DNA from: a bacterium
Lineage (GTDB): Bacteria; Patescibacteriota; Minisyncoccia; Phycocordibacterales; UBA2100
NCBI GenBank assembly: GCA_030648265.1
Contig: JAUSHX010000028.1
Location: 249-64,248, forward strand
DNA: 64,000 nt
Direction: 5' to 3'
Shown: positions 28,131 through 37,787 of the stretch, one piece after another
Numbering within the stretch: the stretch's first letter is position 1
Layout: each line of letters begins with the position of its first letter
Program-made: the position numbers and the translations under genes
The notes under the pieces: generated by a model
The model's input: only the letters and a program-made list of their open reading frames with translations
Databases searched by the model: none
What the model was told of the DNA's origin: nothing

Positions 28131-31031
28131 ATGGTCTATATATCAACGAAAAAAGCCTCAGATATTTTGGGAGTATCTCCAACAACCATGAGACGATATG
28201 CGGATGCTGGGAGTTTGCCCGTTGTTCGCTTGTCGCAATCGAGGCACCGCCGTTTTGCCGTATCTGACGTTAGTAAGTTGTTGACGGACCTTTCAGTAAG
28301 AGGCGATGAGAATGGGTTCCACAAGAAGAATAGTCCATCTTTCGCCAAACCGCATCCTTCTCACTATCTATTACATAAATATTGGGGCAGAAAGGCCCAT
28401 AATATTGTCGAGAACTATGTTAAGCGATACACCCGAAAAGGAGATGTGGTACTTGATCCGTTCATGGGGAGTGGCGTTGTATTAATTGAATCGGCGAAAG
28501 CACATCGTAAGGCTATTGGAATCGACATTAACCCTTTGTCGAAGTTCATTGTTGACGGTACTACGCAGAAAGTTAACCCCGAGGAACTCGCCGAGGTCTT
28601 TGGAAACATTCTGTCTCAGTTGGAGGCAGCATTTGAATACTACAATATGACAAAATGTTTGCACTGTAGACTCGATTCAACCATAGAAACTACGGTATGG
28701 AATGAGACGGAGCCAGCAGTCATCAGATTCCGCTGCCCCGTTCACGGCGTCGGTGTTAAAGTCCCGTCCCAAAGTGATAAGAGGGTTATTAGAGAGGCAC
28801 GCACTCTGTTTGAAGATCTTGAGGCGGCACACGAATTACAATACCCCAAGGATGAGATTTTAAAATATGTAAAAAGAAGTGGAGTATCGACTATAGATGC
28901 GCTCTTTACATCCCGGGCGTTAGTGCAGTTGTCCCACCTGCTTATCCTAATAGAAAAAGTGGAAGTCCAGTCTGTCCGCGACACTTTAAAATTAATATTT
29001 AGTTCAATGTTACCGAACGTCTCGAAGATGATACCTGGCGATATTGAAAAAGGAACGTATAAGTCTGGTTGGGTCATCAGCAAATTTTGGGTTCCCAAAA
29101 TACATACGGAACGCTCCGTGTTGCATTGCTTGAAACTCCGATTCCAATCTGTTTTCAAAGGGAAAAAAGAGTTAAAAGATTTAGACGAGAGCTTAATTCA
29201 ATCGCACATAGCAGATAGTAAGAAACTGGCTCTCGATGATAATTCAGTCGATTATATTTTTACTGACCCGCCTTATGGAGAGAGTATTGCATACCTCGCC
29301 TTGAGTCATTTTTACAATGCCTGGTTTAAAATGCTACCTGAATATTCTAATGAGATTATTATCGATCCATATAGAAAGATTTCGAAAGAAGATTTTGCAA
29401 GAAATATCCAAAAATGTTTTGGAGAGATGTATAGGGTTCTTAAACCAAATAGGTTTCTATCCTTCACCTTTCACAATAGGAATTTGGATGTGTGGAAGAC
29501 TATCCTAGAGGCATGCCTAAAGTCGGGATTTACACTTAAGGACATTGTCTTTCAGCCACAGGCAGTTTCGTCGGGAACACAGGGTATCAACAGAAAGAAT
29601 ACCTTATACGGGGATTTCATCTATACATTTCAAAAACCTAAGAAAAAGAAGATTCATGAGGGGTTCAAATACTTCGATAACGCCTACGGTTTTCTGGTTA
29701 ATACAATAAATTCTCTATTAGTATCAAAAGGGCAGGTTTCTACGGCTGAATTGTATGAGCATATAATACCTATTATTGTGAAGAATCACGCATATCTGGA
29801 TAAGGATGGGAAAATTATCGATTTGGAGACATTGATCAGTAATAATTTTGAGTATAAGAAGACAGAGAAAGGTGATCGGTGGCGTGCCCTTTCCAGAGTT
29901 GCCAACACATCACGTTTCACGGTCGTGGACTTATTTGCGGGGGCGGGCGGTTTTTCTGAGGGATTTAAACACGCGGGGTTTGACATTGCTGTTGCGGTTG
30001 AAAATGACTCACGTCATAGCGAAACGTATGTGCACAATCACCCAAATACTAGATTGATAGTGGACGGAGTTGAAAACATCTCAACATCAAAGAGGCGGGG
30101 GAGGTTCTCAATTTCAGAGTTTCTAAGGGAGAATCATAAATCTTGCAACATCATCATTGGAGGTCCTCCATGTCAGGGATTCAGCATGGCAGGTTCGCGA
30201 ATTAGAAGAAAAAGAAGATTCTTATCGGATAGACGAAATACCCTGTTTCTTGAATACGTAAATTTGGTTGAAGATTTAAATCCAGAAGTATTTATACTGG
30301 AAAATGTACCGGGAATACTCAACTATGATAACGGAGCCGTAAAAGAAGAGATCATATCGAAATTCGCAGAGCTTGGATATGATGTGCATGCTGAAATCTT
30401 AGACGCAAGTAAGTATGGTATTCCTCAATCTAGAAAGCGGGCTTTTTTCATTGGGAACAGATTGGGCATTCCGTCGAAAACTCTATTTCCGAATTCACAA
30501 TGTGATAACGAAACTGTGTCAGTATGGGATGCGATTAGTGACCTTCCTCAAATTATGAGCGGTGAAGGAGGTCAGGTTATAAAAAACAATATGATGGTAC
30601 CTCAGTCACATTATCAGCAAATAATGCGATTGGAAAACGAGGACTGTATTTTCAATCATGAAGCGCCAACGCATAGTCAGGCCACTCTAGATGTTATGAA
30701 ACTCATAAAACCAGGTAAGGGATTGAAGGATCTACCTAAGGAATTTCACACAAGATCGGTTCATAGTGGTGCATATGGTCGAATGGAAAAGGATAGGCCA
30801 GCGTTCACCTTAACGACTCGTCTAAACACTCCATCGGTTGGAAGAATTACGCACCCAGTACTGCATAGAACGATCACGCCTCGAGAGGCTGCCAGGTTAC
30901 AGAGTTTCTCTGATTCGTATCGATTCTTCGGTGACGTGACAACTCAGGGAATTCAAATTGGCAACGCAGTACCTCCACTCCTGGCTGAATTAATTGCCAA
31001 AGAGATTATGAAAAAAGCTTTTGATCGGTAG
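28131..31031 (+). CDS. fusion protein: excisionase-type HTH + N4/N6 DNA methyltransferase + C5 cytosine methyltransferase
   Basis: HTH: ASDILGVSPTTMRRYA. N4/N6 domain: motif I VLDPFMGSGV, then about 270 aa later motif IV FTDPPYG. C5 domain: DLFAGAGGFSEGF, GGPPCQGFS, ENVPG, QSRKR, GNAVPP. Confidence 0.8.
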   Translation: MVYISTKKASDILGVSPTTMRRYADAGSLPVVRLSQSRHRRFAVSDVSKLLTDLSVRGDENGFHKKNSPSFAKPHPSHYLLHKYWGRKAHNIVENYVKRYTRKGDVVLDPFMGSGVVLIESAKAHRKAIGIDINPLSKFIVDGTTQKVNPEELAEVFGNILSQLEAAFEYYNMTKCLHCRLDSTIETTVWNETEPAVIRFRCPVHGVGVKVPSQSDKRVIREARTLFEDLEAAHELQYPKDEILKYVKRSGVSTIDALFTSRALVQLSHLLILIEKVEVQSVRDTLKLIFSSMLPNVSKMIPGDIEKGTYKSGWVISKFWVPKIHTERSVLHCLKLRFQSVFKGKKELKDLDESLIQSHIADSKKLALDDNSVDYIFTDPPYGESIAYLALSHFYNAWFKMLPEYSNEIIIDPYRKISKEDFARNIQKCFGEMYRVLKPNRFLSFTFHNRNLDVWKTILEACLKSGFTLKDIVFQPQAVSSGTQGINRKNTLYGDFIYTFQKPKKKKIHEGFKYFDNAYGFLVNTINSLLVSKGQVSTAELYEHIIPIIVKNHAYLDKDGKIIDLETLISNNFEYKKTEKGDRWRALSRVANTSRFTVVDLFAGAGGFSEGFKHAGFDIAVAVENDSRHSETYVHNHPNTRLIVDGVENISTSKRRGRFSISEFLRENHKSCNIIIGGPPCQGFSMAGSRIRRKRRFLSDRRNTLFLEYVNLVEDLNPEVFILENVPGILNYDNGAVKEEIISKFAELGYDVHAEILDASKYGIPQSRKRAFFIGNRLGIPSKTLFPNSQCDNETVSVWDAISDLPQIMSGEGGQVIKNNMMVPQSHYQQIMRLENEDCIFNHEAPTHSQATLDVMKLIKPGKGLKDLPKEFHTRSVHSGAYGRMEKDRPAFTLTTRLNTPSVGRITHPVLHRTITPREAARLQSFSDSYRFFGDVTTQGIQIGNAVPPLLAELIAKEIMKKAFDR

Positions 31032-31078
31032 TATGGGGAATAGGGTGTCAGGTGCCATTTTTGCGTTAGAATTGGAAC

Positions 31079-31405
31079 ATGCCCGACGAAACCCAGGCCC
31101 CTGCGACCGAGCCAGAAACACTGAATGAGCCAGTGGCTAGTAGCCAGCAGCCCGTAGCAATACCAGAAACAGACGTATCAAGTCCTGCGGGCGATATTTC
31201 AAGCACCGAAACCCCGCCTGCGCCCCAAAACGGCCCTGGGGACATCGCGACCCCGGTTCCTGTTAAAGATGCAAATTCGGAGCCGAATTTGGCTGAGAGC
31301 AGTGGCGAAAATACGGAAAAACAGCCTGAAATCGGAGCCGCGGGAGCGGCCGCTACTGCGGTTGCTCCCGCGGCTTCATCCCCCTCGTTTATCGGCGATT
31401 TTTGA
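31079..31405 (+). CDS. low-complexity Pro/Ala/Glu-rich ORF (doubtful)
   Basis: 108 aa with no fold-like segment. Its stop overlaps the TTG of the next ORF. Confidence 0.25.
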   Translation: MPDETQAPATEPETLNEPVASSQQPVAIPETDVSSPAGDISSTETPPAPQNGPGDIATPVPVKDANSEPNLAESSGENTEKQPEIGAAGAAATAVAPAASSPSFIGDF

Positions 31406-32310
31406 AAGATAACGGTCTCGCTGTTGGCCAACCAGGAAGATTTGAATTAACAAAAGCGGGCGTGTTGTTGTTTGGTAAAAATCCTTCCATTGCACTTAAA
31501 AATAAGTGTGGAATTAAAATCTCTCATTATTATGGAACAAAACCGAGCCATACCGGAAAACCAAATTTCGTTACTCGTCCGTTTACGGTTGAAGGGCCTT
31601 TGTTGAAGCAGATTGAGCAGGCAATTGAGTACTTCAGGAATATTGTAAAGAATTCGCCACCAAAACTTAGCGGTGCGTCTTTTAACCCTACTTTTTTGGT
31701 TCCGGAATGGGCATTCCAAGAAGCCATAACAAATGCGGTTATCCACAGAAACTATTTTGTCCAAGACGATATACAAGTCAGGTTTTTTGACGATCGCGTT
31801 GAAATCGAAAGCCCCGGAACATATCCAGGCCATATTACTGTTGAAAATATCAGGACCGAACGGTTTGCGAGAAATCCGCTGATTTTGCGAACTCTCAATC
31901 GTTTTCAAATTGCCCCTAACTTGGATATTGGCGAGGGCGTAGATCGCATGTTTAAAGTTATGAAAGAGCAAAACCTGTATGAACCACTTTTCTTTCCGCC
32001 CACGATACGTCCCAATTCTGTTTTATTGTTTTTGCTTAATATTCAGAAAGTTGAGTATTGGGACACTGTCGGTAAGTATTTAGATAAAAATTATCGCATC
32101 TCTAACAAAAGAGCGCGCGAGATAACCAGTGTGCAAGATATTTTGAAAATGTCTCGACTGTTACATAATTGGGTTGAAAAAGGATTATTGGAGAAAATGG
32201 GCAAAGCCAAGAAGGACTGCTATTACCGTAAACCAGGACAGGAAATCCCCAAGGGTTTATTTTCAATGGGGGGTGATAATAAAACCGGCAAAGGGAATTT
32301 ACACCCTTAA
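31402..32310 (+). pseudogene. 5'-truncated AlbA_2/HATPase_c_4-type putative DNA-binding protein
   Basis: It begins near the end of the AlbA_2 domain (LTKAGVLLFGKNP), then QEAITNAVIHRNY ... IESPGTYPG ... RNPLI ... IGEGVDRMF. It opens with TTG and lacks the N-terminal ~100 aa. Confidence 0.5.
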
Positions 32311-32364
32311 AATAGGCATATTTTGGTAGGCCTTATTCTCACAGACACATTAAAGGAAGAAATT

Positions 32365-34158
32365 ATGTCAACGCCGCAATCTGAAAATTCATATATTGCC
32401 AATGAAATCTTGCCTCTCTTGGCAAGTGGTTTTGGCTATCCGATTCACGATTCTGTCAGGGTAAAAATCAACGATGTCCCGATTTTCCGGCCGAGTGGTG
32501 GTCGAGCAGGCACTATGGATATTGTCTACTATCACAATGGTGAGCCAGTACTACTCGTAGAAGCTAAGAGAAAACACAAATCGCATGATGCGGCATTGCA
32601 AGAGGCCCTTAAATATTTACTTAATTTTCCCGTTAAACGTGAAGAGTTCGCTCCATCCGGCATACCCCCGAAATTTTTGGCAACAACTGTCGGCAAAGAA
32701 ATAAAGTTTTATAAATGGTCGTACGATTATTCTCATCAGATACCGGATTTTTTGACAGAAGAAGTTGAGATTCTGTCGTTTAATAGACTTCTTGAGTATT
32801 ACGGTTTAAACGAAAAGTATCAGGCACGTATTTTGGATGTGAGAGGATTTAAGACAGATTTTTTTGACGAATTAGTAGCAATTTTTAAAACAGATGCGAA
32901 GGAGGAAAGAATCACCGCAGATATTATCAAGAAGGTTTCACTGCAGATTCTTAATTTTTTGGCTTATGGAGATAAGTTTGCCGGTCAGCTGCCCTATACC
33001 GGTTTGTCTATACAGGGACAAAAGGCAGTGCGTGACTTGTTTGACCGCTTTAATCTAACATCCTCGCTTGGACCGGAAGCCGCCAGAGAGTTCCGCAGAG
33101 CAATTCTACGCTCCTTTCAGGGTGGCGGATTTAACCAGTATCTTACAGAACAGTGCGTGATTGCTTTCATGGTCGGTCTAGTAGGGGGTTTTAGACCGGA
33201 AACCACGGTGCTTGATTTCGAGTGCGGAAGCGGTGGATTCTTAGCAGCCGCTGTTGAGCTTGGCGTCGGTTTGGAAAATATACGCGGCATAGATATCGAG
33301 GAATTACCTTGTATTGTTGCCAAGACCTATTTAGCTCTATATTTCAAGAAAACGGGTGAATGGATTGATGCTCTACCAGTGAAAAAAGATAACGGCCTGC
33401 TCGACCAAGGGAGTAATTGGGATGTTGTAATCGGCAATCCAGCTGGTGGGAATAAATACGAGCACGGAGGTTTAGTAAAAATTGGAAGTCACCTTGACCG
33501 AGACTTGGATAGAAACGGTCGGCTGGACGACAATCTTTCCGAGTATAACCTTTCCATTCAGCAGGCCGTGATGAGTACAAAGATTGGCGGAAAAATCTGC
33601 CTGATTTTGCCGGAAGGATTTTTTTCGAACTCACAGGATGAGTTTCTGCGCAAATTTGTGGCCAAGCATTGTAAAGTGTTGGCGATTGTTAGTCTGCCGC
33701 GCGGTGTCTTCAAGAAAGGGACCTCAACGCGTCGACTAAGGGGTGGTGCGCAAACCGCCTCTATGAAAATGTCTATTTTTTGTGCAGAGAAAGTGAAAGA
33801 GATTGATAAGGAAGATCTGATTGGCACCGACGATTCTTCTACCGTGAGTTATCCAGTATTTCTTGTGAGCGTAAACGAACCAACATCAACAAGCGGGTCG
33901 GTTTGTGACTGGCTTGAACCGCGCCTCGTTGCCGTATTAGAGCAGTGGGAAGTATGGCGCAGCAGCGAGCATCTTGAAGCAAAGCCGATTACCAAAATCG
34001 CCGCATTAGTAAGTGAAAAGAGAAAGAAACATTTGCCCGCCGTGCCGTTACCTTTCGCACAAAGTCCAGATGCCGATACCAAGTCGGCGCGCAAACGAGC
34101 ACAGCCGAAGACGCAGACCAAGGTCAACAAAGATTTGGACGATATTTTCTCGCAATAA
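32365..34158 (+). CDS. PD-(D/E)xK nuclease-like N-terminus fused to an N6-adenine-MTase-like domain with atypical motif IV
   Basis: MDIVYYHNGEPVLLVEAK (D...EAK), motif I LDFECGSGGFL, and VIGNPAGG where NPP[FYW] is expected. SD AAGGAAG lies upstream of the ATG. Confidence 0.6.
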   Translation: MSTPQSENSYIANEILPLLASGFGYPIHDSVRVKINDVPIFRPSGGRAGTMDIVYYHNGEPVLLVEAKRKHKSHDAALQEALKYLLNFPVKREEFAPSGIPPKFLATTVGKEIKFYKWSYDYSHQIPDFLTEEVEILSFNRLLEYYGLNEKYQARILDVRGFKTDFFDELVAIFKTDAKEERITADIIKKVSLQILNFLAYGDKFAGQLPYTGLSIQGQKAVRDLFDRFNLTSSLGPEAAREFRRAILRSFQGGGFNQYLTEQCVIAFMVGLVGGFRPETTVLDFECGSGGFLAAAVELGVGLENIRGIDIEELPCIVAKTYLALYFKKTGEWIDALPVKKDNGLLDQGSNWDVVIGNPAGGNKYEHGGLVKIGSHLDRDLDRNGRLDDNLSEYNLSIQQAVMSTKIGGKICLILPEGFFSNSQDEFLRKFVAKHCKVLAIVSLPRGVFKKGTSTRRLRGGAQTASMKMSIFCAEKVKEIDKEDLIGTDDSSTVSYPVFLVSVNEPTSTSGSVCDWLEPRLVAVLEQWEVWRSSEHLEAKPITKIAALVSEKRKKHLPAVPLPFAQSPDADTKSARKRAQPKTQTKVNKDLDDIFSQ

Positions 34159-34173
34159 ATTGCAGGTACTGTC

Positions 34174-34305
34174 ATGGACGAGGAACTCTTCGAACTCGCA
34201 AAAGATAACGACCTAACGCTTGATGAGGCCCAGGAGGTTCAGGATTTGGCTGATGAGACGGGTCTGGATCTCAACGAAGCATTGGAAATTTGGCAGGCAC
34301 AATAA
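34174..34305 (+). CDS. 43-aa highly acidic small ORF
   Basis: MDEELFELAKDNDLTLDEAQEVQDLADETGLDLNEALEIWQAQ. It is absent from the ORF track because it is shorter than 60 aa. Confidence 0.3.
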   Translation: MDEELFELAKDNDLTLDEAQEVQDLADETGLDLNEALEIWQAQ

Positions 34306-34672
34306 TAGCAGCCCTGAAACCAGCTGTTGGTAACTCGCTTCGCAACTCGCTAATACTAAGCTAGGGTGCTCAACGATAGCCAAAAGTGCTATCATGTTCT
34401 GTACACCACCAATATCGGCTCGAAAGAGCGTCGACCTAAACTATTCGCAAGAGTGGCATGGTCGAGAAGACCCAATCACGATACTGAACCCGCCTGTTTG
34501 GGCTGTCCCCACTTCTTGCGAATTTCATCTTGACCATGTATACTGCTACGCATAAACACCTTGTCGTAGCTTCGGTTACGGTAAGTCAACGAAAGGGGGC
34601 TTAGGCCCCCTTTTGTTATGTATGGTATTCTTGAATCCATGGTATTCTGAACTTCAGATTCACACTTTCTAT

Positions 34673-35173
34673 ATGGCAACGAAAATAAACCAAGCAAAGT
34701 ATCGCAACGCCATCCTGTTTTTTGCGAGTAGGATTCAAAATGGCACGCTCGGCAAGTTGAAGCTAATGAAGCTTCTCTACTATTTCGATTTCGATTTCTT
34801 CGAGAAATATGGGCGCTCGGTTACAGGTGATAAATACCTACGTTTCGAGAATGGTCCCGTGCCACGTATGGCAGAGAAGATTATAAAGCAGATGGATGGC
34901 AAAGAAATCAAGATTTCGAGGCGAAAGGTAGCTGATGGCTATAAAGACCAGATGCATATAGAAGCTCTTGTGGCCTTTGATATTAGTGTTTTCGAAAAAG
35001 AAGAAATCCTTCTTCTCGAGGAACTTGCGTCCAAATGGGAACGCTTTAGCGGTGCCGAAATGAAAAGTGCGACTCATGGTGAAGCACCATGGATTGCCAC
35101 CGAAGCGAATGGCGTCATCGATTACAATCTCGCCTATTATCGAGACACATACGGCGAAATGGCAAAGGTCTAG
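34673..35173 (+). CDS. DUF4065 (Panacea/SocA-like) antitoxin-type protein
   Basis: LGKLKLMKLLYYFDFDFFEKYGRSVTGDKYLRFENGPVP pattern. Confidence 0.65.
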   Translation: MATKINQAKYRNAILFFASRIQNGTLGKLKLMKLLYYFDFDFFEKYGRSVTGDKYLRFENGPVPRMAEKIIKQMDGKEIKISRRKVADGYKDQMHIEALVAFDISVFEKEEILLLEELASKWERFSGAEMKSATHGEAPWIATEANGVIDYNLAYYRDTYGEMAKV

Positions 35174-35184
35174 CGGAGAACCTC

Positions 35185-35523
35185 ATGGATCTTTGTCGTC
35201 ACGAAGATATCGAGAAAGATTTTCATGCGCTGAAACGCTTTGCTGCGCCACAAGCTTCACTTGAAGCGTGGGAGCGACTCTTTTCACTCAAAGGTCTCAA
35301 AGAAACACCGGGAATTGATGCGTTTCCTGGTTTTGGGGGTGCGAAGATATATAAAGGTCGCGTGGTTCCTCTCAAAGAGAATGTTGGTAAGTCAAAGGGT
35401 TACCGGGTGATTTTTGAATTGCAGGAAGAACAGCGCTATCGCATCGTAGTTTTCTCACGACATGGGATTTATCATGACGAACAAGATTTGATAAATCTTG
35501 TCAGGATCAGACTCAAGCGTTGA
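35185..35523 (+). CDS. RelE/ParE-superfamily-like toxin
   Basis: KIYKGRV...GKSKGYRVIFEL...YRIVVFSRH pattern, 112 aa, 11 nt after the DUF4065 gene. Confidence 0.5.
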   Translation: MDLCRHEDIEKDFHALKRFAAPQASLEAWERLFSLKGLKETPGIDAFPGFGGAKIYKGRVVPLKENVGKSKGYRVIFELQEEQRYRIVVFSRHGIYHDEQDLINLVRIRLKR

Positions 35524-35599
35524 TTTCCGGTACGGTACCGCTCGGCCTCTTCGGCCTTCGAAATGCGCCGAAAGTCGTCGAATACTCTTTGAACTGACC

Positions 35600-35721
35600 C
35601 ATACCGACAGGCATCGCTCGGGCGTACTATAGAGAGGTGAAAGAACCTTTGGTTTGCTTACTGGGTGGGGTAGGGTACCGCCAAGGGCAACAGAAAAACC
35701 GCCCGTATGGCGGTTTTTCTG
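35600..35721 (+). promoter_or_regulatory. possible T-box-like leader plus terminator upstream of ilvD
   Basis: AGAGAGGTGAAAG (35631-35643) and CTGGGTGGGGTAGGGTACCGCC (35661-35682, compare the T-box GGGTGGTACCGCG). The terminator CAGAAAAACCGCC-CGTAT-GGCGGTTTTTCTG (35691-35721) has a 3' strand that can alternatively pair with ACCGCC of the box. Confidence 0.3.
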
Positions 35722-35772
35722 TTGGAGGATTGAACTTATTATCCAACGCGGGTATACTTCCACCACGTATAT

Positions 35773-37467
35773 ATGGCCAAGTCTGTTAATCTAAAGCCCC
35801 GCAGTTCGGTGATGACGGAAGGTGATGGGCGCGCTCCAAATCGTGCCATGCTTCGCGCGACCGGATTTACCGATGCGGATTTCAAGAAGCCGATAATCGG
35901 CATAGCGAGCACGTGGAGCGAGGTGACGCCGTGCAACATGCATATCAACAAGCTTGCCGAGCACGTGCACGCGGGTTGCCGCACGGCCGGCCTCGTCCCA
36001 CAGACATTCGGCACAATCACCGTAAGCGACGGCATCTCAATGGGACATGAGGGCATGAAATATTCTCTGGTGAGCAGGGAAGTCATCGCCGACTCCATAG
36101 AAGTTGTCGCCGGAGCGGAGAGATTTGACGGCCTTATAACAATCGGCGGGTGCGATAAGAATATGCCCGGCTGTATGATGGCGATTTCGCGCGTGAACAC
36201 GCCGAGTATTTTTATCTACGGCGGCACAATTATGCCAGGCAAGTTGCACGGCAAAAACATTGACATCGTGAGTATTTTTGAAGCGGTGGGGCAATTTCAG
36301 GCAAACAAAATTAGTGCGAAAGAACTGAAGGCAGTTGAGTGCAATGCGTGTCCGGGTCCCGGTTCATGCGGTGGCATGTACACGGCCAACACAATGTCTG
36401 CCGCGATAGAAGCGATTGGAATGTCACTCCCGTATGGCGCGACGACTCCGGCAATCAGCAAGCAAAAAGCCGACGAGTGCGAAGTGGCAGGTCGTCAAAT
36501 AAAAAATTTGTTGAAGCTCCGACTGCGCCCGAGCGATATCATGACTCGGAGCGCATTTCTGAATGCGATTACGGTCGTTATGGCTGTGGGCGGCTCCACC
36601 AATGCAGTGCTCCATCTTCTCGCTATGGCAAAGGCGGCGAATGTAAATTTGACGATGAAAGATTTCAACACGATTTCCGACCGCACGCCTTTACTTGTGG
36701 ATATGAAACCGGGCGGTAAATATGTGACGGTGAATTTGCATAACGCGGGAGGAATTCCCGGAGTTATGAAAGAGCTTTTGGATGCCGGGCTTCTGAACGG
36801 CGATTGCATGACAATAACAGGGCGTACTGTCGCGGAGAATTTGAAAGGCGTGAAAAGAAAGAACTCGCTCCATCCTGTCATTCACACGGTTAAATCTCCG
36901 GTGAAGAGTCGCGGGCAAATCGTCATCCTCCATGGAAATCTTGCGCCCGAGGGCGGTGTTGCGAAGATTAAGGGCATCAAATCTCTGAAGCACAAAGGGC
37001 CTGCAAAGGTCTTTGAAGACGAGGAAGAGGTTTTCACCGCGCTCAAAAAAGGTTCAATAGTCGCGGGCGACACTATCGTCATCCGCAACGAAGGCCCCAA
37101 GGGAGGCCCAGGTATGCGGGAAATGCTTTCAGTAACCTCGGCTATCATAGGACAAGGGCTCGGCGATTCCGTGGCACTTATAACGGATGGACGATTTTCA
37201 GGAGGCACATACGGATTGGTTGTGGGACACGTTGCACCGGAGGCGTACGTGGGCGGCCCCATAGCGCTCGTCAAGAATGGCGATATCATTACGCTTGATG
37301 TGGAAAAAAAGACGATGTCTGTTGCTGTTTCGGATGCCGAATTCAAGCGCAGGCGAGGCGTATGGAAACAGCCGAAGCCCAGATACAAGAGCGGGGTGTT
37401 GCGAAAATACATAGAGTTGGTTTCATCGGCGAGCCAAGGCGCAGTAACAGATAATTTTGATTTATGA
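35773..37467 (+). CDS. ilvD: dihydroxy-acid dehydratase
   Basis: 564 aa, IlvD/Edd family motifs ([21 protein letters not shown]). Confidence 0.9.
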   Translation: MAKSVNLKPRSSVMTEGDGRAPNRAMLRATGFTDADFKKPIIGIASTWSEVTPCNMHINKLAEHVHAGCRTAGLVPQTFGTITVSDGISMGHEGMKYSLVSREVIADSIEVVAGAERFDGLITIGGCDKNMPGCMMAISRVNTPSIFIYGGTIMPGKLHGKNIDIVSIFEAVGQFQANKISAKELKAVECNACPGPGSCGGMYTANTMSAAIEAIGMSLPYGATTPAISKQKADECEVAGRQIKNLLKLRLRPSDIMTRSAFLNAITVVMAVGGSTNAVLHLLAMAKAANVNLTMKDFNTISDRTPLLVDMKPGGKYVTVNLHNAGGIPGVMKELLDAGLLNGDCMTITGRTVAENLKGVKRKNSLHPVIHTVKSPVKSRGQIVILHGNLAPEGGVAKIKGIKSLKHKGPAKVFEDEEEVFTALKKGSIVAGDTIVIRNEGPKGGPGMREMLSVTSAIIGQGLGDSVALITDGRFSGGTYGLVVGHVAPEAYVGGPIALVKNGDIITLDVEKKTMSVAVSDAEFKRRRGVWKQPKPRYKSGVLRKYIELVSSASQGAVTDNFDL

Positions 37468-37787
37468 AACTTGGAATTGTCCTGCAATCAAATGGAGCAG
37501 AACGTGCGTGGAATACACTCCGCCTTGGAATTACTTCGCTTAAGGCGGGTCATAAAGTGGATATCTTTTTAATGAGCGAGGGATCAGAACTTGACGCTAT
37601 TCCCGACAGCGAGAATTTTGATATCTCCGCGAAGGTGAAAGAATTCAAAGGGCTGAACGGAGACATCTATGCGTGCGGCACTTGTCTTAAAGTGCGCGGC
37701 AAGCAGGAAAGCAAGGTATGCCCTGTTTCCACAATGGCAGATTTGCTGAAAATGGTTGAGGGTTCGGATAAATTACTAGTTTTTTGA
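37464..37787 (+). CDS. DsrE/DsrF-like family protein
   Basis: [22 protein letters not shown], 107 aa, 4-nt overlap with ilvD. Confidence 0.55.
   Translation: MKLGIVLQSNGAERAWNTLRLGITSLKAGHKVDIFLMSEGSELDAIPDSENFDISAKVKEFKGLNGDIYACGTCLKVRGKQESKVCPVSTMADLLKMVEGSDKLLVF

Noticed and set aside
31066-31431. 121-aa minus-strand ORF
   Set aside because: It is the antisense reading of the low-complexity Pro/Ala-rich segment. Neither strand is convincing, and the plus-strand ORF is kept only as doubtful.
21328-35523. Calling the island an integrative element or prophage
   Set aside because: No integrase, recombinase, or phage structural or replication genes are visible. Only the tRNA adjacency and a degenerate repeat support mobility.
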